Positions 17,858 to 25,710 of a stretch of 40,012 nt of DNA are shown here, piece by piece. The position numbers and the translations under genes were made by a program. Location: the NCBI GenBank assembly GCA_045578925.1, contig JAZNLD010000097.1, forward strand, positions 1-40,012, given 5' to 3'. Within the stretch, counting starts at the first letter, position 1, and each line of letters opens with the position of its first letter. The notes under the pieces were generated by a model that made no database searches, was not told the DNA's origin, and worked only from the letters and a program-made list of their open reading frames with translations. The DNA comes from Clostridia bacterium (GTDB lineage: Bacteria; Bacillota; Clostridia; UMGS1883).

Positions 17858-20842
17858 TTAAAATCCTGTTGTAAATGCTTCGTATTCATTTGCAGCATCA
17901 GTTTCAGAAATTTCAACATTGAGGAACTTGATCTGCTGATATACTGCGCTACCTTTACCTGAGATAAGTTTGATATTTTCTGCTACCTCATCTTCGTTGT
18001 AAGGTCTTACAGAGCAAAGTGTGCCATTAAGATACCATTTCACTTCACCCTTATTCTTGTTGACAGTAATTATATGATGATTACCGTCAACTTCTGTGGG
18101 ATGGAGGAAAGGTCTTCTGAGAGTTGATTTCCAACCGGGAAGCTTGAGATAAATCTTTTCTGCACCGATAATCTTATGAACTGCAAAAGTGCTTCTTACA
18201 TCACCGAGGATTGAAAGACTCTTCTTTGCTTCCGGAACATCAATATCGGAAATCGAGAATTCTATTGTGTACTGGCTGCCGTTTACAGTATCCTTTGCAA
18301 TTGAAGGAAGATATGTTGTGCTATCTTCTGCAGTTACATAAAGACCGTTGCTTTCCCAGCTTGAGCCTGCGGGAAGTGCGAGAGCGTTACCGTTTTCGCT
18401 AAGGTCGTACCAGCTTGTTGCAGTTGTGCTCTGGCTGTCGCCGTTAGAAAGACGATAATCGTACCAGAGGACAGTTGCGAAATCAATGTCACCATCGTCA
18501 AAGGGTGCTACTGTATATTCGCCTGAAGCATCGCCATCAACTGAGAATGCGATAGTACCGTCAGTTGAAGTTACATCATAAACACCGAGGGGCCTTGAGT
18601 CCTTCTTAACTGTCCACTTGCCACCTGCGATACCGAAGATGAAGAAGTTCTGATCTTCGCCGCTTTCTACTGTAAAGTCAGCTGACTGTGTAAGTGAGCC
18701 TGTACCAGTGTTTGCGAACATTACAACCTGATTGTAGGGAGTCTGTGTACCTACGAGGCGTGATGATTCGCTTCCGATAAGTGTTGAAGCTTCGGTAGTT
18801 CTCCATGTATCAGAAGCAGTAAGTACGTTAAGGAAGTATGTTGTTGTACCTTCTGTCTGTGCCTGAACTTCAATTCTTCCCCATTCGGGTTCGTTCTTGC
18901 TTTCGTTACGCTGAGTGGGGGTATAAGTCTTACCGTTTGTCTGTGTACCCTGAACAGCAGTAATCTTCGCATTCTGAGGAAGAAGTGTGTTTACAGCAAG
19001 TCTTCCGCCGTATGTAACGCTACCGTTTGAATATTCTGTGGTAAGCGAGTTTTCAATTCTTGTTGTATTGCCTTCTATAGTAGGTGCTGTAGGAAGATGA
19101 AGAAGGAATTTTTTGGTCTGGCTTGACTTCTTGCTTGTAACCTTATCGAATACAACCATTATCGCGGGTGCGCCAGGGCTACCTGTGGGAAGAAATGCCA
19201 TTGAACGGGCAACTTCGCCTGACTTGTTGCTGTTATAAGCAGATGTAAGGTCACCCTTGATGTAAGAGTATGAGTTATCTGCTGCAATTGACTGATTCAC
19301 AACTGCAGATCTCTTGTAGGGAGCGGATGTCTTCCAAGCAGAAAGGTCTTGTGCACCGTATCCGATAAGCTGACCGCCATCGTTAGCGATACTTGTGATT
19401 CCGTTGTCAGATTTGAATGATTCGCTGCTGTCGTAGATAGTAATCGCGTTATGCGCAACCGTTCTTCTGTAATAGTTAAGGTCAAAATCACTGTTGTAGT
19501 CATCCTGCGCACCGAAGTCACCTGTCAGCTGTCCGCGGAAATAAAGCTGGAACGTACCTGCATCAAGGTGATCGTGGTTACCGGAGAATCTTTCACCGAT
19601 TTTCATTTCAGCGGCTGCAACACCGTGGTCCTTTGCACCTGTCTTGATGTAGCCCCAATCGGTCTTAGCGTAAATCTTACCTTCGGGAGAACCGAAATAC
19701 TTACTCTTGGGAAGAGAGCTTCTGTCCTTTTCAAAAGGAACTGAAGGATCGTTCATAATGAGCCAGTAAACAGCGTTAAATGAACGCTCGTCTGTGAAGC
19801 TTGAGCTTGTGAAGACTTCTTCACCGCGCATATATCTGTATTCACCCTTGAAATATTTATCATCGAAAAGGTCAGCAGCAAGCTTTGCAGTCTGCTGGTT
19901 GAAGTTGTTGTAGTACCAACGACCGTTTTCCTTGTTGTCACCTTCGGTAAAGAATCTGCCGTCGGGACGACGAGCATAAATCATACCATAAAGTACATTC
20001 TTCATAAGGTCGGTATTAAAGAGATTCTGTGTGCCGCCGCTCATTTTCTGAACGAGCAATTCAGCATACAAATCCCACGCGAAACGATACCAGCCGTATT
20101 CAGTACCCTGATGGATGTATTCACTGCGATAGTAGTCGTTACGGACAGGAACATATTCCTGCTGGATTCTACCCATTGCAGCATTGTAGATGTCGGGGCG
20201 TTCGTCGTATACAGCGATACCAAATGCAAGCATGTCACGAAGAAGCTGTGCTTCTGAACCGTGACCCTGAATAGCATCCTGTTTCGTAGGCGGATAGCCG
20301 ATTTCAAAGTAATCTTCCATCAGGTCTTCACAGCCGCTGATGATAGAGTTTCTTTCGCTTGAGTCAAGAAGGTCGTAACACCAGTCATAAACCTCGGCAG
20401 CTTTGAACACTACTCCACCTGCAAAGCGGTATTCAAGGCTATTTGAATACTGAACCTTGCCAAGATATTCGATAAGGCGTGCTACAGCAGTATTACCGCT
20501 TGCTTCGTTACCGTTTATGAGGTAATCGAAAGCAAATGCTTCAATCAGGTTTTCATCGTTGAAGTTGTAATTATCGCCTGAAGTCTTGTTACCGATTGAA
20601 ACTGAAGTATAGCTTCCGGAAACAAGTGATTCAAAGTGACTTGTCGCCGCACTGTTCTGAGAAGATGACATGTTTTCCTTGATAGTAGCAATGTCACTGC
20701 TTCTGAGCATTACGCGGGGATGTGTGTTTGCCGGGGGTGTAATGGTGGGGGTCTGATACTTGTTTGAAACCACCGCCGTTACGGAGGATACCATTGTTAT
20801 AATCATAACCATGCTTATAACAACTGCTAAAAGTTTTTTCAT
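17858..20842 (-). CDS. Secreted heparinase II/III-like (DUF4962-type) polysaccharide lyase with a C-terminal LamG-like module; paralogue of the 1478-aa protein
   Basis: 994 aa with signal peptide MKKLLAVVISMVMIITMVSSVTAVVS. The core spans aa ~35-690 (nt 18773-20740): NTHPRVMLRSSDIATI, VYDWCYDLL, GHGSEAQLLRDMLAFGIAVYDERPD, GNHDHLDAGTFQLYFRG, TVAHNAITIYD. All of these align by eye with the 1478-aa protein. The LamG-like module spans aa ~790-985 (nt 17888-18475). Confidence 0.75.
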   Translation of the reverse strand: MKKLLAVVISMVMIITMVSSVTAVVSNKYQTPTITPPANTHPRVMLRSSDIATIKENMSSSQNSAATSHFESLVSGSYTSVSIGNKTSGDNYNFNDENLIEAFAFDYLINGNEASGNTAVARLIEYLGKVQYSNSLEYRFAGGVVFKAAEVYDWCYDLLDSSERNSIISGCEDLMEDYFEIGYPPTKQDAIQGHGSEAQLLRDMLAFGIAVYDERPDIYNAAMGRIQQEYVPVRNDYYRSEYIHQGTEYGWYRFAWDLYAELLVQKMSGGTQNLFNTDLMKNVLYGMIYARRPDGRFFTEGDNKENGRWYYNNFNQQTAKLAADLFDDKYFKGEYRYMRGEEVFTSSSFTDERSFNAVYWLIMNDPSVPFEKDRSSLPKSKYFGSPEGKIYAKTDWGYIKTGAKDHGVAAAEMKIGERFSGNHDHLDAGTFQLYFRGQLTGDFGAQDDYNSDFDLNYYRRTVAHNAITIYDSSESFKSDNGITSIANDGGQLIGYGAQDLSAWKTSAPYKRSAVVNQSIAADNSYSYIKGDLTSAYNSNKSGEVARSMAFLPTGSPGAPAIMVVFDKVTSKKSSQTKKFLLHLPTAPTIEGNTTRIENSLTTEYSNGSVTYGGRLAVNTLLPQNAKITAVQGTQTNGKTYTPTQRNESKNEPEWGRIEVQAQTEGTTTYFLNVLTASDTWRTTEASTLIGSESSRLVGTQTPYNQVVMFANTGTGSLTQSADFTVESGEDQNFFIFGIAGGKWTVKKDSRPLGVYDVTSTDGTIAFSVDGDASGEYTVAPFDDGDIDFATVLWYDYRLSNGDSQSTTATSWYDLSENGNALALPAGSSWESNGLYVTAEDSTTYLPSIAKDTVNGSQYTIEFSISDIDVPEAKKSLSILGDVRSTFAVHKIIGAEKIYLKLPGWKSTLRRPFLHPTEVDGNHHIITVNKNKGEVKWYLNGTLCSVRPYNEDEVAENIKLISGKGSAVYQQIKFLNVEISETDAANEYEAFTTGF

Positions 20843-21079
20843 AATCCTTTCACCTCATTATAAAATTTGTATATATAAAATTAAAAATTATATTTCAAAA
20901 TTATTCGCTTATATATAATAGGAAGCTTTTGCTTTTTTTGATTGATTTATATATTAAACATCAGTAAATGATGATTATTTTCAAATTCATAAGTTTTATA
21001 TCTGGGCATTACTTCGGAAATGAGATAGTTTATATAATGGAATACGCTTCAGATAAAAGTCAGCTTGGTTTAAGGGGTC

Positions 21080-21113
21080 TCCCCCTGCATCAGCAAAAGC
21101 TGATGCAGAGAGA
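21080..21113 (-). other. Strong RNA stem-loop 3' of the 652-aa gene, lacking a U-tract
   Basis: The core is a perfect 10-bp stem CTGCATCAGC-TTTT-GCTGATGCAG. On the minus-strand transcript it extends to 15 pairs through G.U wobbles (TCTCT/GGGGA). On the plus strand those positions would be C-A mismatches, which fits minus-strand transcription. It is followed by GACCCCTTAAACC with no T-run. Confidence 0.55.
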
Positions 21114-21129
21114 TAATCCTTATTAAAGA

Positions 21130-23088
21130 TTAGTTGAGTTCAATAATCTTCTGTTCGAGGAGGGGCTTCATTGTACCATTCTCCCAAAGGTATACAACTG
21201 CAAAATCAACGGGTTCAGCGTAAGCTGAAGCGTCGAAAATCTTGGGTTCTTCTTCGTTACCATAAACAAGACCGCTTTCGAAGTCCTTGATATCAAGGTC
21301 AAGAAGAGCACCTGATTCGCCGTAAACTGCGATATAAAGCTTAGCTGCGCCTTCGTAACGAGTTGCTTCTGCCGCTCCGAAAATTACGAAAAGCGCGCCG
21401 TCTGCTTCAAAGGCGCACTCAGCATCCATCCATTCAAATGTTGTTGCAGGTTCAACACCTGTGATAACTGATTCGATTTCAGCGAAGTCTGCATTCTGGT
21501 TGTAAGTAGAAAGTGTCCAGTTGTCAATTGTAACTGTACCTTCTGCATTCTTAGTGCTAAGGATGATATCGTTTACTCTATTTGCGTAATATGAATCAAC
21601 TTTACCTTCACTTGCAAGCTTGCCGTTAACATATACGTACTGCTTCAAGTAACCCTCGTCAGTACCTGTTTCTACAGGCTCAAGAATCCAGTCGATATGG
21701 TTTGTACCTGTTGTTGTAGCAGTGGGCTTATAACCGCTGCCGTTACAGGTTATATTACTGCCGCCCTTTACACCGACAACAAGGTTTCCGTTGTTGTTCC
21801 ACATCTGGAGTGCCTGCTCCGTACCTGAATATCTTGTTTCATACTTGAGCCACATTCCATCGTTTGAGATTGTCTGGTCAAATGAAAGCTTGATGTATTT
21901 TGCACGGGGATGATAGCTTTCATAGCTGATACCTGTCTTACCATTTATGGGGTAGAAGCCTGAAAGCATTTTTGCAGCTGTAGCATAGTTTTCAGTATCG
22001 GTATTTGTAGCTTCGATTGTAGCTGCTGTACCTGAATATGTAATATTTTCGTTAATTCTCTGTCTTTCGCTGTAGTCCCTTTCATATGTGTATACATCTG
22101 TAAATATACCATAATTGTATCCGGGCATATACCATTCGAGGTCGCCTGCTTTTGACTTGTAAATCATATTTTCTTCGTCAAGCTCAGCACCAAGACCTGC
22201 ATCCTGCATAACGTCTTCCATAGTTACCATGTAGTCATCAGTGTTGTAGTACTCTCTGTGACCTACTCTGTCAGTGTCAAACTTTGCAGCAACATAGTCA
22301 CTGTTACCTCTTGTTTTCTGTCCGCTGGCAATTCTGAGAACTATACCATGGAAATGCTTGTCGGTAAGACCAGAGTCATAGTATGAACCCATAAATTTTC
22401 CGTTTACGAAAATATATGATGTAGCACCGCCCTGCTTATTATATTCCACAATAAGGTCAACCTTATCATAATCTTCTGCTTTAGGAGCAGTTTGGTGTGA
22501 ATTTGCTGTTACATTGTCTGCAGGGCCATTACCTGCTCCACCCTGATGAGCTATGCCCATCCAGTCCTTTGAAGTGTAAGCAGCACTACTTGAGTAACTT
22601 GCGGGGTAAACTGAGGTTTCAAAATTATCTCCTTCTTTCCATGTGTGGAAAAGATAAGCATCTCTTGAAGAACCTGTTCCATCCTTGTCCAAACGCAGCT
22701 GAAGCTTATTCGTAGCATTTCTATACTGGTCAGAGAATGATGCAAGATAGAATCTCATATGTGCATAAGTTGCATTTACATCTTGATATTCGCCATAATC
22801 TGACGCAGATACACCGAACTTGTATGCTACGGGGTTTCTGTTGCTGGTTAATGTTTTTCCTGAAGATGCAACCATTTTTACCGCTACAAGATTTTCGTCT
22901 CCATCGCTGTCTATTTCATACTCTTTAAAGTACTCAGCAAAATCTGAAGTACTTGTGTAGAAGCCTCTTTCATACTGGTGCCAGTTTGCTTCTGAAAAAG
23001 AACCTTCTTCTGCTGCCATTGAAGGAATAGCAACAAATGCCATAATCATCATTACTGACAATGTCAGGCTTAAAACTTTTTTAAACAT
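21130..23088 (-). CDS. Secreted protein of unknown function with two jelly-roll-like modules; the N-terminal one is shared with the 1478-aa lyase
   Basis: 652 aa with signal peptide MFKKVLSLTLSVMMIMAFVAIPSMAAEE and GGAGG 7 nt upstream of the ATG. No catalytic or binding family is recognisable by eye. See findings for the module homology. Confidence 0.6.
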   Translation of the reverse strand: MFKKVLSLTLSVMMIMAFVAIPSMAAEEGSFSEANWHQYERGFYTSTSDFAEYFKEYEIDSDGDENLVAVKMVASSGKTLTSNRNPVAYKFGVSASDYGEYQDVNATYAHMRFYLASFSDQYRNATNKLQLRLDKDGTGSSRDAYLFHTWKEGDNFETSVYPASYSSSAAYTSKDWMGIAHQGGAGNGPADNVTANSHQTAPKAEDYDKVDLIVEYNKQGGATSYIFVNGKFMGSYYDSGLTDKHFHGIVLRIASGQKTRGNSDYVAAKFDTDRVGHREYYNTDDYMVTMEDVMQDAGLGAELDEENMIYKSKAGDLEWYMPGYNYGIFTDVYTYERDYSERQRINENITYSGTAATIEATNTDTENYATAAKMLSGFYPINGKTGISYESYHPRAKYIKLSFDQTISNDGMWLKYETRYSGTEQALQMWNNNGNLVVGVKGGSNITCNGSGYKPTATTTGTNHIDWILEPVETGTDEGYLKQYVYVNGKLASEGKVDSYYANRVNDIILSTKNAEGTVTIDNWTLSTYNQNADFAEIESVITGVEPATTFEWMDAECAFEADGALFVIFGAAEATRYEGAAKLYIAVYGESGALLDLDIKDFESGLVYGNEEEPKIFDASAYAEPVDFAVVYLWENGTMKPLLEQKIIELN

Positions 23089-23108
23089 AAATTTTCCTCC
23101 TTAAATAT

Positions 23109-23138
23109 ATTATAGGATAAAATTAAATTTTGTATAAA
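23109..23138 (-). promoter_or_regulatory. Putative internal sigma-A-type promoter for the secreted-protein block
   Basis: Minus strand: TATAAT (23114..23109) with TTTATA 18 nt upstream (or TTATAC at 17 nt), supplied by the proximal copy of the tandem repeat. Caveat: the predicted leader would start only 1-2 nt before the GGAGG. Confidence 0.35.
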
Positions 23139-23180
23139 TGTGTATAAATGATGTATAAATGTTGCGTAAATTGTAAATTT
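23131..23180. repeat. Tandem 10-11-bp repeat with 3 perfect copies of TGTATAAATG plus 2 degenerate copies
   Basis: Perfect copies lie at 23131-23140, 23141-23150 and 23152-23161. Degenerate copies are TTGCGTAAAT (23162-23171) and TGTAAATTT (23172-23180). The array is bracketed by the perfect direct repeat AATTAAATTT at 23121-23130 and 23181-23190. Confidence 0.85.
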
Positions 23181-23195
23181 AATTAAATTTCAAGA

Positions 23196-24728
23196 TTATT
23201 TGTTGAGAACTGCCTTTTTACGAGCGTATGCATCGTTAACAATCTTGGTGTATTCGTCAAGACCTAACTTCTTAAGCTCTGCAATATAGCCGTCCCAATC
23301 CTTATCTACATCTGCTGTGCCGAGAATCCACTTCTGTTCACATTCACTCATATATGTAGAAATGTTTGAAGCAATGTCTGCTACTGCATCCTTTTCTTCG
23401 TCTGTGTATCTGCCCATGTAGAATTCGGGAAGCACGAAGCCACCTTCTTCGTAAGCAAGGAAGCCTGATTTAGCGATTTCATTCATACCTGAAAGCTCGC
23501 CTTCGATACTACCAACAGTACCACATTCTACCTGGCCCTGATTACGCATATATGTGGGTACGCCACCTTCTGCGTTAAGAACTTCGTCAGTATAAACCTT
23601 CTTACCGTCAACTACAGTGTGGTGAACACCTTCGATACCATAAGCATTGAGCTGACAACCTTCGGGTGAAAGCCAGAAATCAAAGTATTCAAGTGTCTTT
23701 TCGATGTTCTTGTTATCCTTTGAGATACCCCATCCAAGACCGTGGAGTGCGCTTCTTGAACGAACTTCCTTAACTACACCGTTTGAGTCAGCGGGAGGAA
23801 GCATCCATTCCCACTTGAAGCCGGGGATTGTTTCCTTATATGTGTCTGCGAATTTACCTGTTGAGCTGAACCAGTCGTGTGTAGCACCACCAAGGTTTAC
23901 AGAGAGAAGCTGTTCTCTTGCGTTACCGCCGCGAGTATAAGCTTCGGCGTCGATGAGGCCTTCCTTATACCACTTAGCAATTTCGCGGATTGCGTTTTTG
24001 TAGCTTTCTTCTGTCTTACCGTGAACGAGCTTACCGTCAGCACCTTCCTGCCATGTGTAATGTGCGCCGAAGAGCTGAAGAAGGTCCTGAGTAACTTCCT
24101 GTCTGCCGAAATAAGGAATTTCGTCAGCCTTGCCGTTACCGTTGGGATCCTGAGTTTTGAATGCTTTAAGAACATTGTAGAATTCATCTACTGTCTTGGG
24201 AACTTCAAGACCGAGTGTTTCAAGCCAGTCTGTACGGATGAACCAACCCTTAGAAGTTACAGCATCTCTTTCAATACCGGAAAGTGAACCGGGAATGAAG
24301 TAGATGTGTCCGTCGTCGCCTGAACCACGGAAGCGTGCTTCGGGACAATCTTCAAAGAACTTCTTGATGTTGGGGTACTTTCCGCTTTCGATGTATTCTT
24401 CAAGAGGAATAAGACCGCCCATCTTTGCAAGCTCAATGAGTTTGTCTTCTGTGTTGTGAATGATGTCGGGAAGTGTCTTACCTACAAGCATTGTTGTCCA
24501 AGCCTGTGAAGAGTCAGATACACTTTCCGCTACAGTACCCTTAATCTTTACGCCTGTAATTTCGGATGCCTTCTGGAAAAGAGGCCAGTCTTCGTCATAA
24601 ACGCAGTATCCGAAGAAATGCATAAACATTGTAAGGGTTGTTTCGTCACTACTTGTCTTCTTGCTGCCGCCACCGCAGGCTGTAAGAAGAAGCATAAGTG
24701 CCAAAACGAGTGCGAGTGCCTTTTTCAT
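23196..24728 (-). CDS. Extracellular solute-binding lipoprotein of a carbohydrate ABC importer (family 1, LplA-like)
   Basis: The ORF track extends to 24797. The internal ATG 24728 gives MKKALALVLALMLLLTACGGGSKK, a textbook lipoprotein signal with lipobox L-T-A-C. Size (~510 aa) and position next to LplB/LplC-type permeases fit. Confidence 0.85.
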   Translation of the reverse strand: MKKALALVLALMLLLTACGGGSKKTSSDETTLTMFMHFFGYCVYDEDWPLFQKASEITGVKIKGTVAESVSDSSQAWTTMLVGKTLPDIIHNTEDKLIELAKMGGLIPLEEYIESGKYPNIKKFFEDCPEARFRGSGDDGHIYFIPGSLSGIERDAVTSKGWFIRTDWLETLGLEVPKTVDEFYNVLKAFKTQDPNGNGKADEIPYFGRQEVTQDLLQLFGAHYTWQEGADGKLVHGKTEESYKNAIREIAKWYKEGLIDAEAYTRGGNAREQLLSVNLGGATHDWFSSTGKFADTYKETIPGFKWEWMLPPADSNGVVKEVRSRSALHGLGWGISKDNKNIEKTLEYFDFWLSPEGCQLNAYGIEGVHHTVVDGKKVYTDEVLNAEGGVPTYMRNQGQVECGTVGSIEGELSGMNEIAKSGFLAYEEGGFVLPEFYMGRYTDEEKDAVADIASNISTYMSECEQKWILGTADVDKDWDGYIAELKKLGLDEYTKIVNDAYARKKAVLNK

Positions 24729-24821
24729 TGTACCATTTCCTTTCTTTTTTATATATTTAATTAAATTTAATTGCATTTTTTTGCAGGTCGTTTTCACCTG
24801 TGGGTTAGGAAGTGTAAAGTT

Positions 24822-25694
24822 TTATTCCTTTACCGCGCCGAGCATTACGCCCTTTACAAAGAATTTCTGTACATAGGGGTAAATGATAAGCATCGGGAGA
24901 ACTGCAACAACCATTGTTGCGTAAACAACAGTTTCACGAGAGATGATGTTGAAGTCCATTGCACCGCCGGAAGAGTTCATAGCATCCATCTTAACAACAA
25001 GCTTCTGAAGAAGAACCTGAAGAGGAAGCTTTGATTCATCCTGAAGAAGTACCATTTCCCAGAAATAGCTGTTCCAATGACCAACGAAGTAATAAAGTGA
25101 AATTGTCATAAGTGCCGCTGTTGAAAGCGGAAGATATATTTTCCACAAAATTGTAAAGTCACCTGCACCGTCAAGTCGTGCTGACTCATCAAGCGCCTCG
25201 GGAATTGATTCAAAGAATGAACGCATAAGAATTACATAATATGCGGCTACCGCACCTACGAGGAAGATACCCCAACGGGAGTTTATCATACCAAGGTCAC
25301 GGAAGTTTATGAATGTTGCAATCATGCCTGCACCGAACCACATTGAAACCATTATGTAAAGTGATAAGACCTTTCTACCGTAGAGCCACTTCTTTGAAAG
25401 TGCGTACGCACAGGTTACTGTGAGGAACATATTTATGATTGTACCAATTACTGAATAAAAAATTGTGTTCAGGTAAGAAACCCATATACCGTTTGTGCTG
25501 ATAACACTTTTATAGGATTCAAGGGTAAAATCGCTAAACCACAAAATTACCCTGCCGCTTGCTACGGCATCGTTAGAACTGAAAGATGCAACAACGATAT
25601 ACCAGATAGGGAATATCGAGCACACTATAACTATGAACATAAATGCGCATATAATCGCATCTAATACGCGATCTGCTTTTGTTTTAATTTTCAC
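24822..25694 (-). CDS. Carbohydrate ABC transporter permease (LplC-like)
   Basis: The ORF-track start (25766) would overlap the upstream gene by 56 nt. GTG 25694..25692 has AGGAG 8 nt upstream and lies 16 nt after the upstream stop. The product has multiple hydrophobic spans and an EAA-loop-like ESARLDGAGDFTILWKIYLPLS. Confidence 0.85.
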   Translation of the reverse strand: MKIKTKADRVLDAIICAFMFIVIVCSIFPIWYIVVASFSSNDAVASGRVILWFSDFTLESYKSVISTNGIWVSYLNTIFYSVIGTIINMFLTVTCAYALSKKWLYGRKVLSLYIMVSMWFGAGMIATFINFRDLGMINSRWGIFLVGAVAAYYVILMRSFFESIPEALDESARLDGAGDFTILWKIYLPLSTAALMTISLYYFVGHWNSYFWEMVLLQDESKLPLQVLLQKLVVKMDAMNSSGGAMDFNIISRETVVYATMVVAVLPMLIIYPYVQKFFVKGVMLGAVKE

Positions 25695-25710
25695 GACATT
25701 CTCTCCTCTC

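Noticed and set aside
20959-21021. 20-codon minus-strand ORF (MPRYKTYEFENNHHLLMFNI) in the long AT-rich spacer, considered as a leader peptide or small protein.
   Set aside because: No Shine-Dalgarno sequence lies upstream (TTTCCGAAGTA precedes the ATG). Chance occurrence is expected in AT-rich DNA, and there is nothing to tie it to attenuation.
6547-23088. Is the secreted block a cellulosome-type or sortase-anchored system?
   Set aside because: I found no dockerin duplicated Ca-binding repeats (DxNxDGxxxxxD), no cohesin-like modules and no C-terminal LPXTG plus hydrophobic tail in any product. SLH is the only anchoring signal seen.
23131-23180. Could the tandem repeat be a CRISPR array or a minisatellite?
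   Set aside because: The units are only 10-11 bp and directly abutting, with no spacers and no cas genes. A regulatory or structural repeat is the better reading.
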